Positions 47,653 to 55,044 of a DNA stretch of 64,000 bases are shown piece after piece. Origin of the DNA: Escherichia coli. Its GTDB lineage: Bacteria > Pseudomonadota > Gammaproteobacteria > Enterobacterales > Enterobacteriaceae. Where the stretch lies: assembly GCF_044324785.1 (NCBI RefSeq), contig NZ_CP172127.1, one strand, 5' to 3'. The translations under genes and the position numbers were made by a program. The notes under the pieces are model-generated. The model had not been told where the DNA came from, ran no database searches, and saw only the letters and a list, made by a program, of their open reading frames with translations. Position 1 is the first letter of the stretch; every line of letters starts with the position of its first letter.

Positions 47653-50600
47653 ATGAAATTCACTGAAGATACCCGAGTAAAAATCCCCGTCATCCTCCAC
47701 CTGATACGGCTGGGCTACCACTACCTGTCCCTTAAAGAACAACGCTGGGACAAAGAAACCAATATCTTCCCTGACCTCTTCACCGCTGCGATTGGCAGAA
47801 TAAATCCCGGACTTGTGCCAGACGACATCGGACGCCTGTTAAAAGACCTCACGCTGCTTCTCGACAACGATGATCTGGGCCGCGCCTTCTTCGAAAAACT
47901 CAGTGACCGTTCCGGTATCAAACTGATCGACTTTGATAACTTCAACAACAACAGTTTCCATGTCGTCACCGAACTGACCTGCGAAAACGGTGATGAAGAA
48001 TTCCGCCCGGACATCACGCTGCTGATCAACGGCATGCCGCTAATCTTTATCGAAGTGAAAAAACCCAACAATCGGGAAGGCATCGTCGCAGAACGCAACC
48101 GCATCAACGAACGCTTTAAAAACCCCAAATTCAAACGCTTCGCCAACATCACCCAGTTCATGATCTTCTCCAATAACATGGAGTATGACGACAGCGACCC
48201 GGAGCCGATTCAAGGGGCATTCTACGCCAGCAGCTCTTACAGCAACCCGGTATTCAACTACTTCCGCGAAGAAGAACTCTTCAACCTGACCAACTTACTG
48301 AAACCGCTGTCAGAAGAAACCGAAATCGCCGTCCTGAAAGACAACAACCTGGAAGTGATCCGCACCAACCCGGAATTTCAGACCAACAAAGATCACAACC
48401 GCCCGACAAACCGCCTCTGCACCGCGCTGTTGAGCCGGGATCGGCTGGCATTTATCCTGCGCTATGCGCTGGTGTATGTAGCCGAACCGGGCGGCATCCA
48501 AAAACACATCATGCGCTACCCGCAGCTCTTCGCCACCAAAGCGATTGAGCGCAAACTGAACGCTGGCGTGAAAAAAGGCATTATCTGGCACACCCAGGGC
48601 AGTGGGAAAACCGCATTGGCATACTACAACGTGCGCTTCCTGACAGATTACTTCCAGAATCAGCAGGTGATCCCGAAATTCTACTTTATTGTCGATCGTC
48701 TTGATCTGCTCCAGCAGGCGCAGCGTGAATTCACCGCCCGTGGCTTAATCGTTCACCTTATCGACTCCCGCGAAGCCTTCACCCGCGATATCAAAGCGAC
48801 GCAGGCGCTGCACAACCACCACGGCAAAGCGGAAATCACCGTCGTCAACATCCAGAAATTCCGCGATGACCCGGATGTCGTCACCACCAAAGACTACGAC
48901 ATCAACATCCAACGCGTGTACTTCCTCGATGAAGTCCACCGCAGCTACAACCCCAAAGGGAGCTTCCTGGCGAATTTAAGCCAGTCGGACACCAACGCCA
49001 TCAAAATTGGCCTGACCGGTACGCCTCTGCTGGGCACAGACTACAACTCCCGCGACCTCTTCGGCGACTACATCCACAAATACTACTACAACGCCTCCAT
49101 TGCCGACGGCTACACGCTGCGCCTGATCCGTGAAGAGATCGCCACCAACTACCGGATGATCCTGCAACAGGCGCTAAAAGACGTAGAAGTCAGAATGGGC
49201 GATGTGGATCGCAAAGACATCTACGCCCATCCCAGTTTCGTCAAACCGATGCTGAACTACATCGTCACCGACTTTGCCAAAAGCCGGGGCGCACTGAATG
49301 ATGACACCATCGGCGGCATGGTGATTTGCGACAGCTCAGAACAGGCCAAGCAGATGTTTGAGATATTCAACACTGACTACGCCGAATCGCCCACCGCTGC
49401 CGATGACGTCGCCGAAGAAATGCCGGTATTACAGGCCGCAGAGCCTGCCGCCGTTTACCAGATCCACGCCAAAGAAACGCGGAAAATCAAACGCGCCGCC
49501 CTGATCCTGCACGACGTCGGCAGCAAGCAGGAGCGCAAAGAATGGGTGGATCAATTCAAAGCGGGCGAGATTGACCTGCTGTTCGTCTACAACATGTTGC
49601 TCACGGGCTTTGACGCCAAACGGCTAAAAAAACTCTACCTCGGGCGGGTGATCAGAAAGCACAACCTGCTCCAGGCGCTGACCCGCGTCAACCGAACCTA
49701 CAACCACTTCCGCTACGGCTATGTGGTGGACTTCGCCGACATCCGCCAGGAATTTGACGCCACCAACAAAGCCTACTTCGAAGAGCTACAGGCTGAACTG
49801 GGCGATGAAATGGAGCATTACTCCCGCCTGTTCAAATCAGCGGATGAGATTCGCGAAGAAATCGAACATATCAAAGACGTTCTGTTTAGCTTCGATACCG
49901 AAAACGCGGAAATCTTCACTGACCAGATAAACCAGATCCATGACCGGGAAACCGCGCTGGTACTGAAAAACGCGCTGGCCGACGCCCGCAGCCTGTACAA
50001 CCTGATTCGCCTCCAGGGCAACACTGAGTTTCTCCAGGCGCTGGATTTCAACAAACTCAACATCCTTTACCGCGAAGCCAGCCGCCGCCTCGACTTACTC
50101 AACCTGAAGGCGGATCTGGAACAGGGTGTTGACCTCTCCGGCCTGCTGAACCGGGCGCTGGAAGAGGTGATCTTTGAATTCCACAAAGTGGGCGAAGAAG
50201 AGCTGGTACTGGCCGACGAGCTGAAAGAGACGCTGCGCCGCACCCGCGAAGCGCTGGCCGCCAACTTCGACCAGCAGGACCCGCAGTTCGTCAGCCTGAA
50301 AGACGAACTGGAGCGTCTGTTTAAGAAAAAGAAACTCAGCGAAGTCACCCAGCAAGAAATGGTTGCGAATATCGGCACACTCAATAAAATTCATGGCCGC
50401 ATCAAAGAGCTAAACCGCCAAAATAACCTGCTGCGCCAGAAATACCGTGGCGACGTGAAATACGCGCGTACCCACAAACGCCTGCGCGAGCGCGGCGGCC
50501 TGAGCGAGCCGGAGCGTAAAATCTTCGAAGCACTGCTTGGCGTTAAGCTGGATGCGGATGAAAAAGTGCTGAATAACAGCCAGATACTGAACAACGAAAG

Positions 50601-50751
50601 CTATTTTGAGCGGCAGATTGTGTCATGTGTACTCGATCACTTTGAACAACAGCAGCACATCACCCTGAGTGCGAAAGCGGCTGGCGACATCAACCGCCTG
50701 ATTGTGGCGGAATACCTGAACGAATTTAATACCGGAGCACGTACGTGGTAG
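47653..50751 (+). CDS. hsdR: type I restriction enzyme R subunit HsdR
   Basis: N-terminal PD-(D/E)xK nuclease motif (RPDITLLINGMPLIFIEVKK), and helicase motifs GSGKT and DEVH. Start at ATG 47653 (MKFTEDT). Confidence 0.9.
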   Translation: MKFTEDTRVKIPVILHLIRLGYHYLSLKEQRWDKETNIFPDLFTAAIGRINPGLVPDDIGRLLKDLTLLLDNDDLGRAFFEKLSDRSGIKLIDFDNFNNNSFHVVTELTCENGDEEFRPDITLLINGMPLIFIEVKKPNNREGIVAERNRINERFKNPKFKRFANITQFMIFSNNMEYDDSDPEPIQGAFYASSSYSNPVFNYFREEELFNLTNLLKPLSEETEIAVLKDNNLEVIRTNPEFQTNKDHNRPTNRLCTALLSRDRLAFILRYALVYVAEPGGIQKHIMRYPQLFATKAIERKLNAGVKKGIIWHTQGSGKTALAYYNVRFLTDYFQNQQVIPKFYFIVDRLDLLQQAQREFTARGLIVHLIDSREAFTRDIKATQALHNHHGKAEITVVNIQKFRDDPDVVTTKDYDINIQRVYFLDEVHRSYNPKGSFLANLSQSDTNAIKIGLTGTPLLGTDYNSRDLFGDYIHKYYYNASIADGYTLRLIREEIATNYRMILQQALKDVEVRMGDVDRKDIYAHPSFVKPMLNYIVTDFAKSRGALNDDTIGGMVICDSSEQAKQMFEIFNTDYAESPTAADDVAEEMPVLQAAEPAAVYQIHAKETRKIKRAALILHDVGSKQERKEWVDQFKAGEIDLLFVYNMLLTGFDAKRLKKLYLGRVIRKHNLLQALTRVNRTYNHFRYGYVVDFADIRQEFDATNKAYFEELQAELGDEMEHYSRLFKSADEIREEIEHIKDVLFSFDTENAEIFTDQINQIHDRETALVLKNALADARSLYNLIRLQGNTEFLQALDFNKLNILYREASRRLDLLNLKADLEQGVDLSGLLNRALEEVIFEFHKVGEEELVLADELKETLRRTREALAANFDQQDPQFVSLKDELERLFKKKKLSEVTQQEMVANIGTLNKIHGRIKELNRQNNLLRQKYRGDVKYARTHKRLRERGGLSEPERKIFEALLGVKLDADEKVLNNSQILNNESYFERQIVSCVLDHFEQQQHITLSAKAAGDINRLIVAEYLNEFNTGARTW

Positions 50752-50909
50752 AACTGTAATTTAGAGATAAAACCAAAACCCTGATCGACAGCCTGAAAAG
50801 CATCTGTGCGAACTACGGCCTGGGCAACGACGGTAACGAATTCAAAATTATCACTCAGGCATTCCTGTACAAATTCCTGAACGACAAATTCGCCTTTGAA
50901 GCCAAAAAG

Positions 50910-52382
50910 GTGGATAAAAGCATCGCCAGCGCCGAAAAATGGGAAGTCGCGCTCAATCAGATGAGCGAAGAACAGCGGGATAAACTGCAACTGAAGATGA
51001 GCGCCGACACTGCGCGTCTGAAGCCGCATCACTTCATTCAGTATTTATACAACCGTCAAAATGAGGCCAATTTCGCCACCACCTTTGACGACACCCTGAT
51101 GGACATCGCCGCCACCAACAACGACGTCTTCGCGGTCAAAACTGACGGCGGCGCGAAAGTGGTGCTGTTTGAGCGCCTCAGCCAGTACATCGCCGACGAA
51201 TCAAGGCGCGACGACTTCTGCCGCGCCATTATCAACAAACTGGCCGATTTCAGCTTCGAGCGCATCTTCACGCAGAAATTCGACTTCTACGCCACTATCT
51301 TTGAATACCTGATCAAAGACTACAACAGCAACTCCGGCGGCAAATACGCGGAATACTATACGCCCCACGCCGTGGCGCGCATCATGGCGGAAATCCTGGT
51401 GCCGAAAGCACAACAGGGCGTAGTGCGCAACGTAAGCTGTTACGACCCGTCCGCCGGTTCCGGCACCTTACTGATGAACGTGGCGCACGCCATCGGGGAA
51501 GATCGTTGCAGCATCTTCGCGCAGGACATCTCGCAGAAATCCTCCAGCCTGCTGCGCCTGAACCTGATCCTCAACAATCTGGTGCATTCGATCCCCAACG
51601 TGATTCAGGGCAACACCATTCTGCACCCGTTCCACAAGGACGGCAGCGCGCTGAAACGCTTTGACTATATCGTCTCTAACCCGCCGTTTAAGATGGATTT
51701 CAGCGATTTCCGCGACGATTTGGATAGCAAGGAAAACCAGCAACGTTTCTTTGCCGGGATACCAAAAATCAAAGCCAAAGCCAGGGACAAAATGGAAATT
51801 TACCAGTTGTTCCTGCAACACATCATTTTCTCGCTGAAACCGGATGGTAAGGCGGCGGTCGTGGTGCCGACCGGGTTTATCACCGCGCAGTCGGGCATTG
51901 ATAAAGGGATTCGCGAACATCTGGTGAAAAACAAGATGCTGGCGGGTGTGGTTTCCATGCCGTCGAATATCTTCGCCACCACCGGCACTAACGTATCGAT
52001 CCTGTTTATTGACGCCAGCAACAAAGAGAAAGTGGTGCTGATCGACGCCTCGAATTTAGGTGAAAAGGTCAAAGACGGCAAAAACCAGAAAACGGTGCTG
52101 ACCGAAGAAGAAGAGCAGCGCATCTGCGAAGTGTTCAACAACAAGTGGAGCGAAGAGGATTTCTCGGTGGTGGTCAGCTATGACGAGATCGCCGGGAAAA
52201 ATTACTCGTTCAGCGCCGGGCAGTATTTCGATGTGAAAATTGAATACACCGATATGACGCCGGAACAGTTTGCCGCGAAGATGAACGGGTTTACGGAGAA
52301 TCTGGAGAGTTTGTTTAGCCAGTCGCGCGAGCTGGAGGTGGAGATTAAAAAGCAGATGGCGGGGCTGAATTTCCATGGTTAA
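50910..52382 (+). CDS. hsdM: type I R-M methyltransferase subunit HsdM (start codon problematic, see findings)
   Basis: AdoMet motif DPSAGSGTLL and catalytic NPPF. The reading frame is open and HsdM-N-like from 50760, but the first canonical start is GTG 50910. Confidence 0.8.
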   Translation: MDKSIASAEKWEVALNQMSEEQRDKLQLKMSADTARLKPHHFIQYLYNRQNEANFATTFDDTLMDIAATNNDVFAVKTDGGAKVVLFERLSQYIADESRRDDFCRAIINKLADFSFERIFTQKFDFYATIFEYLIKDYNSNSGGKYAEYYTPHAVARIMAEILVPKAQQGVVRNVSCYDPSAGSGTLLMNVAHAIGEDRCSIFAQDISQKSSSLLRLNLILNNLVHSIPNVIQGNTILHPFHKDGSALKRFDYIVSNPPFKMDFSDFRDDLDSKENQQRFFAGIPKIKAKARDKMEIYQLFLQHIIFSLKPDGKAAVVVPTGFITAQSGIDKGIREHLVKNKMLAGVVSMPSNIFATTGTNVSILFIDASNKEKVVLIDASNLGEKVKDGKNQKTVLTEEEEQRICEVFNNKWSEEDFSVVVSYDEIAGKNYSFSAGQYFDVKIEYTDMTPEQFAAKMNGFTENLESLFSQSRELEVEIKKQMAGLNFHG

Positions 52383-53493
52383 AACTATTGGTGATGCTTG
52401 TAATATTAGTACAGGTAAACTTGATGCAAACCAGGCTGTAAAAGGTGGTGATTATCCGTTTTTTACGTGCGCAGAGTTCCCTGAACAAATCGATCATTAT
52501 GCATTTGACGGCGATGTGGTTCTTATTGCTGGCAATAATGCAAGAGGAAACTTTCACGTAAGCAGGTATCAAGGGAAATTTAATGCTTACCAGCGAACCT
52601 ATGTGCTTACAGCCAAACATGGTTATGATATTGATTATATTTACTATGCCTTAAGACTTGAATTAAAGCGATTGCGAGAAAAATCTCAAGGCTCGCAAAC
52701 AAAGTTTCTGACAATGCCGATTTTGACCAGTATATCGCTAGGAAACCTAGTCGAGACTGAACAATCGACAGTTTCAAGAGTATTAAAAATACTGGATAAA
52801 AAAATCGCTCTCAACAATCGTATCAACGCCGAGCTGGAAGCGATGGCGAAAACACTGTATGACTACTGGTTTGTACAGTTTGATTTCCCTGATGCCAACG
52901 GAAAACCGTATAAAACCTCCGGCGGGAAGATGGTGTACAACGCCACGCTGAAACGGGAAATTCCGGCGGGGTGGAATATTAAAAATCTTGGCGATATAGC
53001 GGAACTATATCAGCCTAAGACCATTTCAGGTAACGATTTTATTGATGATGGTGAATATCTTGTATATGGAGCCAACGGTATTGTAGGAAGATTCAATAAA
53101 TATAACCATGAAGAACCTGTCGTTACAATCACCTGCCGTGGAAATACGTGCGGCAATATAAACGTCACACGACCATATTCATGGATTACAGGGAATGCAA
53201 TGGTGGTTAAGCCAAAGTTTAACTATATTTCACCTTATTATATTTATAATTTATTGTCGATATCGGAAGTTGATAAAGTCATTACTGGCTCTGCTCAACC
53301 TCAAATTACGCGAGCAAACCTAGCTCCACTTAAGGTTGTTGAACCAGCAGAGGACATTACGCAAAAATACTCAAAGTCTGTTGATGCTTTTTTTAAAAAG
53401 CATATCTCAATATTAGATGAAAATGATAATTTATTAAAACTCCGCGACTGGCTCCTCCCCCTGCTTATGAACGGACAGGTCACGGTCAAATAA
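52375..53493 (+). CDS. hsdS: type I R-M specificity subunit HsdS (two target-recognition domains)
   Basis: Its ATG overlaps the hsdM stop. It has two low-GC TRDs separated by the conserved spacer LDKKIALNNRINAELEAMAKTLYDYWFVQFDFP, and a conserved C-terminal LRDWLLPLLMNGQV. Confidence 0.85.
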   Translation: MVKTIGDACNISTGKLDANQAVKGGDYPFFTCAEFPEQIDHYAFDGDVVLIAGNNARGNFHVSRYQGKFNAYQRTYVLTAKHGYDIDYIYYALRLELKRLREKSQGSQTKFLTMPILTSISLGNLVETEQSTVSRVLKILDKKIALNNRINAELEAMAKTLYDYWFVQFDFPDANGKPYKTSGGKMVYNATLKREIPAGWNIKNLGDIAELYQPKTISGNDFIDDGEYLVYGANGIVGRFNKYNHEEPVVTITCRGNTCGNINVTRPYSWITGNAMVVKPKFNYISPYYIYNLLSISEVDKVITGSAQPQITRANLAPLKVVEPAEDITQKYSKSVDAFFKKHISILDENDNLLKLRDWLLPLLMNGQVTVK

Positions 53494-53632
53494 TCCCCGC
53501 CGTGTTTTGCGAGGCGCATTCCAGATCCACATTGCGCCGCGCTCACCGCTGTAAAACCGCTTGCCGTTCATAACCGATCGAAGTATCTTTCTCCCGCGCC
53601 TGCAAAATCAGGCGTCGGGATTAGCCTCCTGA

Positions 53633-53645
53633 AAACCGTTACAGG
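53633..53645 (+). promoter_or_regulatory. upstream target repeat (seqA-like) of the antisense RNA
   Basis: AAACCGTTACAGG; its CGTTACAGG is complementary to RNA loop nt 53739-53747. A GATTAGCCTC repeat (53619-53628) precedes it. Confidence 0.55.
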
Positions 53646-53700
53646 CGACACTTGACGCACCAGCGTCTTTTTTGTGTCGTGCGTTCGGCTACACCTCAAT

Positions 53701-53782
53701 GGCGGGCCGGGCGGGGGCGTCGCAAGACGCGCCGGTTTCCTGTAACGCCGGTAAGGCTAACCCCGTCCGGTTCCGCCACCCA
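53701..53782 (+). ncRNA. tRNA-like antisense regulatory RNA of the phage P1 C4 / P4 CI type
   Basis: Hand-folded structure. The long terminal stem pairs 53701-53716 with 53761-53777 (one bulge). A GCAA-tetraloop hairpin spans 53717-53730. A second hairpin (53731-53752) has a 12-nt loop, UUUCCUGUAACG. The 3' tail is ACCCA. The loop is complementary to both flanking repeats. Confidence 0.6.
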
Positions 53783-53813
53783 TGAGATTAGCCTCTCTAG
53801 TGGCGGACATAAT

Positions 53814-53829
53814 AAACCGTTACAGGAGA
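53814..53829 (+). promoter_or_regulatory. downstream target repeat (seqC-like) overlapping the SD of the 156-aa ORF
   Basis: CGTTACAGGAGA (53818-53829) can pair with all 12 loop nucleotides (one G-U pair). It contains AGGAG (53824-53828), 7 nt before ATG 53836. Confidence 0.55.
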
Positions 53830-53835
53830 TGCCCT

Positions 53836-54306
53836 ATGGCTACAATCCTCACCCCTGACTGCGATTTACTCGATCTGTTATCCGTTCCCTTCAATGCCAC
53901 CACGGATTTTACTGTCCTTGCCGATTACTGCACCCGCTTCGCCGAAACCCTGATAGAAACCGACGATCCCGCGCTGCGGCTGGCGCTGAGCGGACGGCTT
54001 CACGCGGCTCTTGCGCTACTGCAACCCACACTGCATGACCCCATCCCGCCGCATCTTACCGAAAGCCTGACCGTTAATACCCTTCCCGCCACACCAGAGC
54101 ACTTTATTTCCGAACCCGATTCCTTGTGCGAATACTGCCTCGCACTGCTCCAGCTTCTGCTGGAACGCCCGGCGGAGCCAAAAATGGAGCAAACCCTGAC
54201 CGGGCTGCTGTGTGAGCTGGTCTGGAATTTCACGGAAGGACTCAAATCCCCGCGCTGGCTGCGTACCGCCGACGGCGTAAAATTTATCAGTGAGGTGGCC
54301 GCATGA
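53836..54306 (+). CDS. hypothetical acidic Leu-rich protein, 156 aa, no recognisable domain
   Basis: ATG with a good SD. It starts [15 protein letters not shown]... No TM segment or signal peptide. Its stop overlaps the start of the next (broken) gene. Confidence 0.6.
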   Translation: MATILTPDCDLLDLLSVPFNATTDFTVLADYCTRFAETLIETDDPALRLALSGRLHAALALLQPTLHDPIPPHLTESLTVNTLPATPEHFISEPDSLCEYCLALLQLLLERPAEPKMEQTLTGLLCELVWNFTEGLKSPRWLRTADGVKFISEVAA

Positions 54307-54449
54307 TGCAACAGGACTGGCATTCCACCGACATTATCGCCACGCTGAAAAAGCGGGGAACGTCTCTGGCGGCGCAGAGAAAAACTCATTGCGGACGCGC
54401 TGTAAATATCGTCAGAAATCATCTGGCCTTCAAGGTACTTTGATAGCAA
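54303..54449 (+). pseudogene. Ner/Nlp-like small DNA-binding protein, internally deleted and interrupted
   Basis: The N-terminus [24 protein letters not shown] resembles Ner/Nlp. The characteristic C-terminus (S)EI(I)WPSRYF appears only in another frame, after a stop. Confidence 0.55.
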
Positions 54450-54451
54450 AG

Positions 54452-54655
54452 GCAAGCAGGCTGGTTCAGTCCCGTGTTTCTCTTCTTGCATTTTCAGAAA
54501 TGGGAGGCTGGGAGTCTATCGAAATGGTTCGTCGATATGCTCACCTCGCACCTAATCACCTTACCGAACACGCACGGCAAATAGACTCGATCCTGAACCC
54601 ATCGGTCCCAAATTTGTCCCAGTCAAAAAATAAGGAAGGTACTAATGATGTGTAA
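54452..54655 (+). pseudogene. C-terminal ~67 codons of a lambdoid (P22-type) tyrosine integrase
   Basis: [37 protein letters not shown] contains the catalytic-Tyr box (RYAHL). There is no N-terminal or core domain upstream. It ends 14 nt before the att core. Confidence 0.75.
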
Positions 54656-54669
54656 CTTATTGATTTAAA

Positions 54670-54715
54670 TGGTGCCGATAATAGGAGTCGAACCTACGAC
54701 CTTCGCATTACGAAT
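54670..54715 (-). other. 46-nt 3' fragment of tRNA-Thr (thrW): attachment-site core, not a functional tRNA
   Basis: The reverse complement reads ATTCGTAATGCGAAGGTCGTAGGTTCGACTCCTATTATCGGCACCA, which is the anticodon loop, T-arm, acceptor 3' strand and CCA as I recall thrW. The 5' half is absent. Confidence 0.75.
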
Positions 54716-55044
54716 CTGTAGAACCAATCATAACTATCTGTTTTAGCAAGCATTAACCGCATTCACCAAGCAATAGTTGATGGCACAAACAGAAAGTTGA
54801 TGCATGATGTTGTCATGTGTATGTCACAAATACGGCACAACGATCTTCAAACATGTAGCCACCCAGCATAGAAGAGCACAAATCCTTGCAATCCAGTGCA
54901 AAGCTTTGTGTACCTTAGTTTTGTCTCATAGGTAATTCTGCTTTAACTGCGATGCAGGAATCTGTCACCAGACGCACGTCTCGTTGTTTTATGGTTTTCC
55001 GTTCATGATTAATATGTTAGCTTGTCAAAGTTTGTGTTTAAGAT

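Larger units (their letters stand above)
45690..54669. mobile_element. decayed genomic island (defence cargo plus satellite/prophage remnants) between the core genes and the thrW att fragment
   Basis: Similarity to the core paralogous sequence ends at about 45690. The content is AbiE, type I R-M, a C4/CI-type RNA module, and Ner-like and integrase remnants. It ends at the 46-nt thrW core. Confidence 0.65.

Noticed and set aside
53652-53858. 68-codon ORF (MTHQRLFCVVRSATPQWRAGRGRRKTRR...) spanning the GC-rich segment.
   Set aside because: It starts at a non-ATG codon and its translation is Arg/Gly/Pro-rich. The same bases fold into a compact three-stem RNA whose loop is complementary to flanking repeats, so the RNA interpretation explains the sequence better.
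54290-54655. Single 121-codon ORF treated as one gene.
   Set aside because: It is a chimera. Only its last ~67 codons resemble an integrase C-terminus, and the upstream part reads through a broken Ner-like gene in the wrong frame.
54670-54715. Possible tRNA gene.
   Set aside because: Only the 3' 46 nt of a tRNA-Thr are present (anticodon loop to CCA). There is no D-arm or 5' acceptor strand, so it is an att core remnant.
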